Positions 20,269 through 29,185 of a stretch of 64,000 nucleotides of DNA are shown piece by piece. Source of the stretch: Clostridiaceae bacterium. Its GTDB lineage: Bacteria > Bacillota > Clostridia > CAYPLH01 > DUMO01. The position numbers were made by a program, and so were the translations under genes. Below the pieces are notes generated by a model. The model made no database searches. It was given only the letters and a program-made list of their open reading frames with translations, and was not told where the DNA came from. Where the stretch lies: positions 19,075-83,074 of the forward strand of contig DUMO01000024.1 in NCBI GenBank assembly GCA_012839865.1, read 5' to 3'. How positions within the stretch are numbered: the stretch's first letter is position 1; each line of letters begins with the position of its first letter.

Positions 20269-21216
20269 TCATCTGCTGAAAAATTGTATTAGCTGAATAA
20301 CGGCCGGTCCCAATATTATAATGAAAATAGCAGGAAAAATGAAAAATATCAGAGGAAACAACATTTTTACAGGAGCTTTCATTGCTTTTTCCCTGGCTGC
20401 ATGTTTTCGGTTTTCCCTTATTTGTGCTGCCTCTATCTTCAAAACCCTGCCCAGACCCACTCCAAGTTCATCGGACTGAATAACTGATGTTATAAACGTG
20501 CTCAATTCTTTTATTTCACAGCGTTCACACATGTTTTTCAAAGCTGTTTTACGCTCGAGCCCCATTCTTATTTCCTTAAGGCTTTTTGCAAACTCATCGC
20601 TGAGTTCTCCGTTTATATTGCCTACAACCCTTGACATAGCACCATCAAAGGACAATCCCGCTTCAACACTTGCAGTTATTAAATCAAGGGTATATGGCAG
20701 GTCCTTTAAAATTTTTCGCTTTCTGATTTCTATTTTCCTTGACAGAAAGAAGTTGAAGAAGAATGCGGTATACAACATGGAAATCCCCATAAGGACAAAG
20801 GATGCCAACAGGTTCCTGCCGGTTATAAACGAAAACAGACCTGCTGAAGCGGAAAAAAACAATATCACCATGCTTCTAAGGTACAGCCATTGTTCTTTTG
20901 TTCTGTTTTTCAATAGCCCGGCCTTCTCCAGTTTACTGTAAAATCGCTCTAATTTTTTATCTGTTATGACTTTGGACAAAATAAAATTAAAAACCTTGTA
21001 AAAAAGCATGCGCAATGTTTCCAGCAAATGCGTGCCATCTTCATTTTGCGGTTTAACGTCCCCTAAAATTCTAATTTTCCCTATTCTGTTCTCTACCAGA
21101 ATCCTGTTTTTAAATAAAATCACTGAAACTGCATAAGCTAGTAAAAATATTACCGCAAATGACAGCAATACAATGAACAGCAACAAACCTACCGCCCCCA
21201 AAAGCAAATCTTGCAC
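20269..21216 (-). CDS. tadC: Tad pilus assembly inner-membrane protein TadC (T2SS-F domain)
   Basis: N-terminal TM helix, a T2SSF domain and a C-terminal TM helix (LFPLIFFIFPAIFIIILGPAVIQ). Confidence 0.8.
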   Translation of the reverse strand: MQDLLLGAVGLLLFIVLLSFAVIFLLAYAVSVILFKNRILVENRIGKIRILGDVKPQNEDGTHLLETLRMLFYKVFNFILSKVITDKKLERFYSKLEKAGLLKNRTKEQWLYLRSMVILFFSASAGLFSFITGRNLLASFVLMGISMLYTAFFFNFFLSRKIEIRKRKILKDLPYTLDLITASVEAGLSFDGAMSRVVGNINGELSDEFAKSLKEIRMGLERKTALKNMCERCEIKELSTFITSVIQSDELGVGLGRVLKIEAAQIRENRKHAAREKAMKAPVKMLFPLIFFIFPAIFIIILGPAVIQLIQFFSR

Positions 21217-21424
21217 CTATAGGCCTCATGTCCTGTGCAATTACCATGCCACATTTCGCTTTCCGCGATTTGACACTTAAACCCGTTAAGGGACCTGTCT
21301 CTTTACATTTCAATGTTGACAATTTTTCTTATCATCAAAAATCCAAACAATTCACTCACTATGCCTGTGACTACCATAGCCAGACCTACAGGTGTGGTAA
21401 ATAAAAGAAGCATATAGCTTTTGT

Positions 21425-22273
21425 TCAGAACAAAAAAACAGCACATAAAAAAACCGGTATCAACATGACAACAACTCCGGACAATCTTCCCTGAGCTGTC
21501 AATGTTTTGAGCTCATTTTTAATTTTTTGCCTATCCCTGATCATTTCTGAAATATTGTCCAGGATCCCTGAGAGATTTCCCCCAACATCCTTTTGTATTA
21601 AAACAACATTTACCATCAGTTTTAAATCTTCTGATTCCACTCGAAACAACAAATTCTTCAAAGCGTCTTCTTCAGCTATGCCCAGGCTGATTTCTTTCAG
21701 CAGTTTCCTGAATTCCTTTGACAGAGGCTCCTTTGTTTCCTCAACCACTATGGATAATGATTGCAAAAATGAGTAGCCCGCTTTTAATGAACTTGATAAT
21801 ATGATAATTCCTTCATTCAACTGTTCATCAAATAGTTTTAATCTCTCTTTTTTCTTATATGAGATAATTATCCGGGGCGAATAATATGCAAATAAAGATG
21901 AAAGAATAGCAAAAATTGTGCTTCCTGCTGCATAATGGGAAAATATAGCAGCAATTAATGATAGTATCATTTTTATGGTTAGAACTTCTCGTACCGGAAT
22001 TGGTATGTCAGCCTTTATAAGGTCCGCTTCAAGCCTTTTTGCCCCCTTGCTGTTTGCAACTGCATCCGGTACAAGGCTTGATAAAAACTTTATAAGCCCT
22101 GTTTTGTCGTTTTTTGGGTTTTCATCATTCCCGGCATTTTTATCATCCCTGTCAAAAAATTTGATCTTGTCAATGGGTTTTTCCCTGCCGAAAATTTTCA
22201 TTAAAACAGCACTCATAAAGACCCATGCAAATATGAAAGTTAAAATGCCTGCAAAATACAGCATCCATATCAC
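21425..22273 (-). CDS. tadB: Tad pilus assembly protein TadB (T2SS-F domain); C-terminus probably truncated by a frameshift
   Basis: T2SSF domain protein. A 36-codon ORF in another frame (21303-21413) carries the expected C-terminal TM helix and IRKIVNIEM tail. See the finding on the A7/T7 tract at 21432-21438. Confidence 0.75.
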   Translation of the reverse strand: MIWMLYFAGILTFIFAWVFMSAVLMKIFGREKPIDKIKFFDRDDKNAGNDENPKNDKTGLIKFLSSLVPDAVANSKGAKRLEADLIKADIPIPVREVLTIKMILSLIAAIFSHYAAGSTIFAILSSLFAYYSPRIIISYKKKERLKLFDEQLNEGIIILSSSLKAGYSFLQSLSIVVEETKEPLSKEFRKLLKEISLGIAEEDALKNLLFRVESEDLKLMVNVVLIQKDVGGNLSGILDNISEMIRDRQKIKNELKTLTAQGRLSGVVVMLIPVFLCAVFLF

Positions 22274-22422
22274 CTTTACACATTTAATAAAGCTTCAGAA
22301 AGCCTCGGAATCAGTCAGGCTGCACCTGTGTCGTTTACAAGAAGAATTGCAAAATTCATAATTCCTGTGTCAGAGGATTTGCAAAATTATATTAAAGACA
22401 ACGGCTTAACACAAAACAATAA

Positions 22423-23760
22423 TCAATTGAAAATGCTTTGAGGTATGTTGATCCCCTTTTCCTTCAACTTTTTTACAAATCCGGGTACAATGCCTGTATA
22501 AACAAACTCACCTTTTACCTTTCCCCTGTTATCCACACCTTTTTGCTGAAACCTGAATATATCCTGCAGTGTTATTACATCTCCTTCCATTCCTTGCACC
22601 TCGGTTATATATGTAATCTTCCTGCTGCCATCCATAAGCCTTGACTGGTGAATAACAAGGTCAATGGCTGATGCAATCTGGTCCCTTATAGCCTTTAAAG
22701 GCAAGTTGAACCCCGACATCAACACCATTGTTTCAAGTCTTGCCAGCATGTCCCTTGGGGAGTTTGCGTGTCCTGTCGTAAGGGAACCGTCGTGACCCGT
22801 GTTCATTGCCTGAAGCATGTCCAGTGCTTCTCCTGACCTGACCTCTCCTACAATAATCCTGTCAGGACGCATTCTTAAGCTGTTTTTCACAAGATCACGG
22901 ATTGTTATTTCACCTTTCCCCTCCAGGCTTGCCGGTCTTGTCTCAAGCCTTATTACATGCTCCTGGGAAAGCTGAAGCTCTGCTGCATCTTCTATTGTTA
23001 TGATTCGCTCATCATTTGGTATAAAAGATGACAGTACATTCAGGGTTGTTGTCTTACCGCTTCCGGTCCCTCCCGAAACAATTATGTTCAGCCTTCCTTC
23101 GACGCAGTACCTTATAAGCTCTGCCATCTTTGAATTTAGAGTGTTAAAGCTGATCAAGTCCTCCATTTTAAAGGGGTCTTCAGAAAATTTTCTAATCGTA
23201 ATTGAAGGGCCATCTATGGCAAGTGGAGGAATAATGGCATTTACCCTGGATCCGTTAGGGAGCCTTGCGTCAACCATGGGAGAGCTTTCATCAATTCTCC
23301 TGCCAATAGGTGCTACAATCTTTTTTATTACATGCATCACATGGCTGTTGTTTTTGAATTTTACATCTGTCAGTACCAATTTCCCTTCCTTCTCAATATA
23401 TACCTGGTTATATCCGTTTACCATGATTTCAGTAACTTTATCGTCTCCAAGGAACCCGGTAATCGGTCCAATCCCGACAATTTCATCCAAAAGTTCCTCC
23501 CGGATTTTACTTTTCTGACTGGTTGTCAAGTTAAGGGCTTCCTGTTCGATATGCTTCGTAAGAATGGAATGAATTTTCTTTTTCAGTTCCTCGTTCTTAT
23601 CGGAGATTTCATCAAAATTAATATCCAGTTCATCAATTACCTTGTTATGTATCTTCATTTTTAAAATTGTATAAGGATCTGCTTTTTTTTCATTATACCT
23701 GCCAAATTTTCTGTCTGCATTTACCTCTTCCAGTCTTTTTACAAGAGACATTACCTTCAC
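22423..23760 (-). CDS. cpaF: Tad/Flp pilus assembly ATPase CpaF/TadA
   Basis: A VirB11/GspE-family secretion ATPase with Walker A SGGTGSGKTT and an Asp box. Confidence 0.9.
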   Translation of the reverse strand: MKVMSLVKRLEEVNADRKFGRYNEKKADPYTILKMKIHNKVIDELDINFDEISDKNEELKKKIHSILTKHIEQEALNLTTSQKSKIREELLDEIVGIGPITGFLGDDKVTEIMVNGYNQVYIEKEGKLVLTDVKFKNNSHVMHVIKKIVAPIGRRIDESSPMVDARLPNGSRVNAIIPPLAIDGPSITIRKFSEDPFKMEDLISFNTLNSKMAELIRYCVEGRLNIIVSGGTGSGKTTTLNVLSSFIPNDERIITIEDAAELQLSQEHVIRLETRPASLEGKGEITIRDLVKNSLRMRPDRIIVGEVRSGEALDMLQAMNTGHDGSLTTGHANSPRDMLARLETMVLMSGFNLPLKAIRDQIASAIDLVIHQSRLMDGSRKITYITEVQGMEGDVITLQDIFRFQQKGVDNRGKVKGEFVYTGIVPGFVKKLKEKGINIPQSIFN

Positions 23761-23761
23761 C

Positions 23762-24916
23762 TCACACCGTCAATTTGCTGCACATTTCTTCAATTGCCTT
23801 GCATACTTTTATTTTGTTGTATTTGTCGCTGTCGCATATAGGTTGTCCTCTATTGACTGACAAACCCACAATTTTGTCTTTTCTGGGTATCATTGCAAGC
23901 AAATTGTCCTTGAAGGTTTCTTCCACATCATTCTTGCTTACGCCATAACCTGCATCCATTTTATTAATAACAAGTTTCACCTTGCTTTTATCATAGCCCA
24001 GGGAACGCATTACATTTAACCCCAGTTTGGTATTTTTCAATGCTGTTATCTCCATGGTGGAAACAAATATAATCGTATGGGAGTAATCCAGAATAAAAAG
24101 AGTATTATCGTTGAAGTTGATGCCTGTATCAATTACCAGCACATCATAATGCTTCTGACAGGCTTTAATAATTTTTTCAATATCATTCCTTCCGATGTAC
24201 TCTGCAGCTTCCGGTTTCCCCGGGGCAAACATCATATGAAGGTTTTCATTGTAAATATACAGATATGGTATTATATTTTCATAAGAATCCAACTGGCCTT
24301 CATCCACCAGGTCCAGAATGCTTTTGTGATTAATCTGGTTGGTTAATATGGAGATATCGCCAAATTGCAAATCCATATCAATTAAAAGTACTTTTTTGTT
24401 CGGATTTTTACTTAACATGACAGCGCAGTTCAATGCCAAAACAGATTTTCCGACACCGCCCTTGGAGCTGAAAAAGGTTATGACTTTCCCTTCCCTGTCC
24501 TTCTCCTGACGGCTCAACATTTTTATCTGCCTGTCCCTGTATTTGGTATATGTAACCCGGATGGTCTCAATCAAATCGTCCACATTGAAAGGTTTTATTA
24601 TATATTCCTTGGCTCCGTTCAGCATCGCCTTTTTCAGGTATTCGCTTTCTCCCTGCACCGACATGATTATAACTATTACATTGGGAAAAGTATTTGTAAT
24701 CTGTTCGGTAGCCTCAAGCCCGTTTAATACAGGCATGTTTATATCCATAAGAACTACATCGGGATTTACTTTTGGTATAAGCTCCAGTACTTCTTCGCCG
24801 TTTGTGGCTTCCCCTACAACTTCAAAAATGTCGGACTCCATCAGTAATATCCTTTTAATCAGGGTGATAGTATCTATAATATCGTCCGCAATTAATACTT
24901 TGATTTTATTATTCAT
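23762..24916 (-). CDS. Response-regulator receiver domain fused to CpaE/TadZ-like ParA/MinD ATPase
   Basis: The REC domain is intact: an acidic pocket (LIADDII), the phospho-acceptor Asp in LMDINMP, and the conserved Lys in IIKPF. The P-loop is a deviant Walker A (SSKGGVGKS). Confidence 0.8.
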   Translation of the reverse strand: MNNKIKVLIADDIIDTITLIKRILLMESDIFEVVGEATNGEEVLELIPKVNPDVVLMDINMPVLNGLEATEQITNTFPNVIVIIMSVQGESEYLKKAMLNGAKEYIIKPFNVDDLIETIRVTYTKYRDRQIKMLSRQEKDREGKVITFFSSKGGVGKSVLALNCAVMLSKNPNKKVLLIDMDLQFGDISILTNQINHKSILDLVDEGQLDSYENIIPYLYIYNENLHMMFAPGKPEAAEYIGRNDIEKIIKACQKHYDVLVIDTGINFNDNTLFILDYSHTIIFVSTMEITALKNTKLGLNVMRSLGYDKSKVKLVINKMDAGYGVSKNDVEETFKDNLLAMIPRKDKIVGLSVNRGQPICDSDKYNKIKVCKAIEEMCSKLTV

Positions 24917-24929
24917 TGTGCCACCCCTG

Positions 24930-25895
24930 TCAATTCAATACTGGAATTTTAAGTACCTGTCCGGTTATGATAATATTCGGATCTTCAATATTGTTTGCTT
25001 CCATAATCAACTTGTAATTTTCATCGTTACCATAGAATTCCCGGCTGATTTTAACCAGGGTATCACCGCTTTTAACAGTATAATTTATATATTCAGTGCT
25101 GTTTGTTGCGTTATTGTCGTCTTCACAAGGTGTATCAGCATCTGTTTGGGAAGGTTCATCATAAGCCGGTATTGAAATCTCCTTCCATATTACTCCTTGG
25201 GTTTCTATTACACTGTCATCTTTCAAAGGCCTCAGGGCAAGCGTTATATTGCCTATGTTGTCAGCCAGTACAATCTTTTCCACATCAGTTGCGGCAACTG
25301 ACAAAGTAACTAAAAACATCGACGGAACATTTTCTGAAGACTTTTCTGTTTCATCCCTGTTTAACAGTTTATCAATTGCCAGGACTTCAATATTCTGAAG
25401 CAGCATCTTTGAAGAGTCATACCTGACAATCTCCGAATCCTCTGTTTTCTCGTCAAAAGTAGCGACTATATCAACAAAGTCACCAGGTTTGATTAATTGG
25501 GAAACCCCTGTGCTTCCTAATACGCTGATTGAAATTGCTCTATGGTTTTCCCTTACTCTAAGGCTCAATTCCGTTTCCAGGGCATCCAATAGCTTGTCAT
25601 GATGAAAGCCTTCATTTTTCAGTATGGTTTCCCTGGTGTACTTGCCTTCAATCTGGCTGTAATCACGCAAATAATCCGCAAAGATTGGATTATCTTCAAC
25701 TTCGATTTCTCGAATCATGTTCCTTTTAATTAAAGTTCTAGGAGGTATTACATCCGCGGCAACAAGAATTTTTGTCAAAGGAACTTCCTTTTCCGGCTCC
25801 TTTAAAGTTCTTAGATATACAAAAACAGCCACTGCAGCAATTGCAGCCAGCACAAATGATATTAAAACCAGTTTCTGTTCCGTACTTTTCATCAT
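24930..25895 (-). CDS. cpaB: Flp pilus assembly protein CpaB/RcpC with C-terminal LysM domain
   Basis: N-terminal TM helix, a SAF/CpaB core and a C-terminal LysM (YTVKSGDTLVKISREFYGN...TGQVLKIP). Confidence 0.8.
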   Translation of the reverse strand: MMKSTEQKLVLISFVLAAIAAVAVFVYLRTLKEPEKEVPLTKILVAADVIPPRTLIKRNMIREIEVEDNPIFADYLRDYSQIEGKYTRETILKNEGFHHDKLLDALETELSLRVRENHRAISISVLGSTGVSQLIKPGDFVDIVATFDEKTEDSEIVRYDSSKMLLQNIEVLAIDKLLNRDETEKSSENVPSMFLVTLSVAATDVEKIVLADNIGNITLALRPLKDDSVIETQGVIWKEISIPAYDEPSQTDADTPCEDDNNATNSTEYINYTVKSGDTLVKISREFYGNDENYKLIMEANNIEDPNIIITGQVLKIPVLN

Positions 25896-25902
25896 GATAC
25901 TC

Positions 25903-26880
25903 CTACCTTGACAGTTTTACACCGTATGCTCCCGTATCATTCAAACTCATATCTATTACACCTTTTGTAACGTATTGCACAAATCTGCCAACCAGCTCTG
26001 CATTTCCTCCGCTATTGCGCACTTCCTCAACATAAAACTGTGCAAAGCCCACCACCTGCACCTGGCCTCTTCCATTAACCTCAAGGGTATCCACCAACGG
26101 AAGTGTCCATAAGCGGATGGAATCTCTGCTGAAATTGTTAAAGGTGCTGTTCTCCTGCTGTATATAATCCCTTATTGCATTGATGGCGCCTGACATGTTT
26201 CCTGTTTCAGTATCAATATAATCTCCGACTGATAATGTACCGCTGAAACCATAAAGGGCATTGTTCCTGTAAGTGCTTTGCCCGGTGCCTCCAAGGGCAA
26301 CGGTGCCATAATTGCCGCAATAACCGTCTCCTGCGCCTTTTTTGAGTATTACGACATCACCATAGGTATAATCAAAAATTTCAACTGCAAAAGGTCTTAT
26401 TCCCCCATTCACAGTTTTTATTGGTCCTATAACCGCCTTTGTCGCAGCAGCCACATCACTGTTATATATGCCCAGTATGGGGGCGAACAAGTGGTTCACG
26501 CTCAAATTGCCTTCTATTTCAATGCTTTTATTGTCAGGGCTTATTTTAATTACGGTATTGTCAGGATCAATATTGTTTTTAATAAGATATTCCAAAGCGA
26601 CACTTCTTGCCTTCGCTTCACCGGCAGGCAGCTCAAGAGCCGCTGCCAGGGCTGCTGCATCAATGGCATTGTACAATCTGGCTTTTTCTATATATACCAT
26701 CCCGACATCAACAGAAAGGGCCATAAACCCCAACAAAGCGCTTAGCAGCAGGCATGTAATAATTGAGACGCTTCCTTTTTTGCCTTTAAACAGCAGCAGC
26801 TTCTTATGACTCCTTGCCTGTACCATTCCGGATAAGGCAAGCAATTCAAAAACTGAATGTTCCACTGTCATCACCTTCAT
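25903..26880 (-). CDS. TadG-like (TadE/G-like N-terminal domain) pilus-associated protein
   Basis: KGSVSIITCLLLSALLGFMALSVDVGMVYIEKARLYNAIDAAALAAA is the TadE/G-like N-terminal motif. The remainder is a large Gly-rich extracellular domain. Confidence 0.6.
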   Translation of the reverse strand: MKVMTVEHSVFELLALSGMVQARSHKKLLLFKGKKGSVSIITCLLLSALLGFMALSVDVGMVYIEKARLYNAIDAAALAAALELPAGEAKARSVALEYLIKNNIDPDNTVIKISPDNKSIEIEGNLSVNHLFAPILGIYNSDVAAATKAVIGPIKTVNGGIRPFAVEIFDYTYGDVVILKKGAGDGYCGNYGTVALGGTGQSTYRNNALYGFSGTLSVGDYIDTETGNMSGAINAIRDYIQQENSTFNNFSRDSIRLWTLPLVDTLEVNGRGQVQVVGFAQFYVEEVRNSGGNAELVGRFVQYVTKGVIDMSLNDTGAYGVKLSR

Positions 26881-27206
26881 TCAATTCTCATGGAGACTTT
26901 GGCATGCAGTACAATTGTGTCGTTGAACAATAGATTAATTACAGGTACTGTAAGTTGATAATTATAATTTGCTTCCACGGTAAGAGTATTTCCTGATATC
27001 CTGCTACCCGGAAGCGGTGTTATATTAATTTCCAGATGGCTTTCATCCAGGACAGGAGAGGCAGACATCATCAAATGCATTATTTCAGCATCTGAACTAC
27101 CTGTAATGCCTGCCCTGGCTCCTTCCCGGACTGCGTTGTTAAGTGCAAGATATGCATTTAAAACCATACCAAATTGCGCAATTCCCATAACAATTATCAG
27201 CAGCAA
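26877..27206 (-). CDS. TadE-like pseudopilin (N-terminus probably extends upstream to about 27266; start codon unclear)
   Basis: In-frame upstream codons read GGQSLAEFAVVLPLLLIIVMGIAQFG. This is the classic TadE-like processed N-terminus. RBS AGGAGG is present at about 27240. Confidence 0.6.
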   Translation of the reverse strand: MLLIIVMGIAQFGMVLNAYLALNNAVREGARAGITGSSDAEIMHLMMSASPVLDESHLEINITPLPGSRISGNTLTVEANYNYQLTVPVINLLFNDTIVLHAKVSMRIE

Positions 27207-27288
27207 GGGTAGGACAACTGCAAATTCAGCAAGGGATTGCCCTCCTGGTAGATATAAAAAGTCACATTATGTAAAGTAATTAGGTCAT

Positions 27289-27383
27289 AAAAAAACAGGG
27301 ACTTTGGTCCCTGTTTCTACTGTTCAGAAAGACATAAAAAATGAACAGCAGCCCTGACAATGCTGTTTACAGCCGTTGTTCAT
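27289..27383 (-). terminator. Tandem rho-independent terminators after the degS/degU-like operon
   Basis: The first is CAGGGACcaaaGUCCCUG followed by U7. The second is a long imperfect hairpin (AUGAACAaCgGC...GCuGcUGUUCAU) followed by U6. Confidence 0.6.
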
Positions 27384-27395
27384 CTTGCGGGATTA

Positions 27396-27477
27396 GTGAC
27401 GTACTCCCTCCTACGCTCTCACTAAAGTGAGCAAGGCGGCTTAGAAGCGGAAGACTTCTTGCTGCTATATGTTAAAC
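27396..27477. repeat. Copy A of a structured ~80-bp intergenic repeat, immediately 3' of the response-regulator stop
   Basis: It shares GACGTACTCCC and CTTCTTGCTGCTATATGTTAAAC blocks with copies at 32566-32640 and 60847-60906. It contains an internal hairpin CTCAC-TAAA-GTGAG. Confidence 0.7.
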
Positions 27478-27480
27478 TTT

Positions 27481-28155
27481 CTATTCCTTGTTGCCAAACT
27501 TCGACTTATAATAATCTTCGATATTATTCTCAATGGAAAAGATGGTTGCCTGGACACGATGGCTTACGTTCAGCTTCCTGAAGATATTGGTAATGTAGTT
27601 TTTCACCGTCTTTTCCGATATATACAGGGCATCCGCTATTTCCTTGTTGCTCAAACCTCTCGATATATTAAGCAAAATTTCAATTTCCCTCTGTGAAAGA
27701 CAGTCAAAAACACCTTCGGCATTTTTATTTTTTATTTCTGAGAACAGCAAAGATATCAGCGCTTTATCAATATACTTTTCTCCATTATAGACTGTTCGAA
27801 TTGCACTCACAATCTGAGTTCCTGCAGAATCCTTCAGTACATATCCGTCTGCTCCTATATTAATTGCCTTGTTAATCGTCAGCCTGTCATTCTCTATGGT
27901 AAGCATAATCACTTTGACATTCTCATATTGCTGCTTTATTTTTTGGAGCAATGTAATACCGTCAATAACCGGCATATTTACATCCAGCAGCAATACATCA
28001 GGCTGATACCTTTTCAGCATGACCATTACTTCTTCTCCGTTTTTTGCTTCACCATAAATGGCAATATCATCTTCCATGCTTATAATTCTTCTTAAACCCT
28101 GTAGTATCAGGTCATGATCATCTGCAATCGAAACTCTAATTTCCTTTTTTTTCAT
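27481..28155 (-). CDS. DegU-like response regulator (NarL/LuxR family)
   Basis: A REC domain (ADDHDL, LLLDVNMP) and a C-terminal LuxR-type HTH (LSQREIEILLNISRGLSNKEIADALYISEKTVKNY). Confidence 0.85.
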   Translation of the reverse strand: MKKKEIRVSIADDHDLILQGLRRIISMEDDIAIYGEAKNGEEVMVMLKRYQPDVLLLDVNMPVIDGITLLQKIKQQYENVKVIMLTIENDRLTINKAINIGADGYVLKDSAGTQIVSAIRTVYNGEKYIDKALISLLFSEIKNKNAEGVFDCLSQREIEILLNISRGLSNKEIADALYISEKTVKNYITNIFRKLNVSHRVQATIFSIENNIEDYYKSKFGNKE

Positions 28156-29185
28156 CCTTAATCACCTCTCGATTAACCGGCAGCTTTATGGTATATGTGG
28201 TCCCTTTCCCTTTTTCAGACTGTATCTTTAAACTGCCCCTCAGTTGATTTACCCTGTCCTCTATACCTATCAATCCATAAGAAATCCCCTTGTTTCTTGC
28301 GTTTATCAAGGTTTCCTCCACGTCAAACCCAATACCGTCATCAGATATAACCAGCATTAAATATTTCGTGCCATAATCAAGCTTGATTTGAGCATGGCTT
28401 GCCCTGGCATGCTTTTTTATATTATTAAAAGCTTCCTGGATAATACGATAAACTGCAACTTGTATGATAGGCTCAATTTCTTTATGTACTGGCTTCATTT
28501 TTATGTCCAGTTCTATTCCTGTCTCGTGCATTATCATTTTTACGGTCTCGGAAATTGTTTCATTCAAACCCAAATCATCCAGCGCCATGGGTCTTAAATC
28601 AAAAATGATATCCCTTACTTCCTTAAGGGCCCTTTTGACACTTTGTTTCAGGTCTTCCAATTCTTTAAGGCCTTCGTTGAAATCCCTTTCAATCACCATC
28701 TTGCAAATATCTGCCTTCATTACTGCATTGGCCATATGCTGCGCCGGCCCGTCATGAACATCCCTTGCAATTCTCTTTCTTTCGTTTTCCTGGGCCTCCA
28801 ATATCTTTATGCTCAATTGTATTTCGGAATGGGCCTCAGCACCTTCCAGGGCTGTAACAACATCCCCCTCCAGGTACATTAAAGCAACACTCATCTGACT
28901 CATCACTTTTTCAGCACTTTCAATATTCTGCAATGATTTTTTCAATGCTATTTCTATTATTGACCTCCTTTTTAACAGTTCCTTCTCTTTGTTTTTTTCG
29001 ATAATCAGTGCTATTCGAGTGTCTTCTGCGTTTTTATAGGCAGCTTTAATATCTTCTTCCGTAAATGTATCAAACTTTTTTGAAACCTCTGCAAGTTTTT
29101 GTCTCGCAACTTTATCCTGCTTTTCCAGTTCATCCACCCTTGCAATAGTCTGCTTGATATCCTGTTTAATTGCAGCCAACTCCAT
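28136..29185 (-). CDS. DegS-like cytoplasmic sensor histidine kinase
   Basis: No TM segment. An N-terminal DegS-type coiled-coil sensor domain and the H-box [18 protein letters not shown] (compare DegS IHDGPAQMLANVMMRSEL). HATPase_c follows. The gene overlaps the regulator start by 20 bp. Confidence 0.85.
   Translation of the reverse strand: MELAAIKQDIKQTIARVDELEKQDKVARQKLAEVSKKFDTFTEEDIKAAYKNAEDTRIALIIEKNKEKELLKRRSIIEIALKKSLQNIESAEKVMSQMSVALMYLEGDVVTALEGAEAHSEIQLSIKILEAQENERKRIARDVHDGPAQHMANAVMKADICKMVIERDFNEGLKELEDLKQSVKRALKEVRDIIFDLRPMALDDLGLNETISETVKMIMHETGIELDIKMKPVHKEIEPIIQVAVYRIIQEAFNNIKKHARASHAQIKLDYGTKYLMLVISDDGIGFDVEETLINARNKGISYGLIGIEDRVNQLRGSLKIQSEKGKGTTYTIKLPVNREVIKDEKKGN

Noticed and set aside
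21217-21424. Search for an Flp pilin between tadB and tadC
   Set aside because: The only ORF here is the 36-aa frame-shifted TadB C-terminus. No G/XXXXEY motif is present.
27207-27480. Search for Flp pilin or prepilin peptidase between degU and the Tad operon
   Set aside because: The region contains only terminators, repeat copy A and the TadE-like leader. The short ORFs MNSSPDNAVYSRCSSCG and MNNGCKQHCQGCC have no pilin features.
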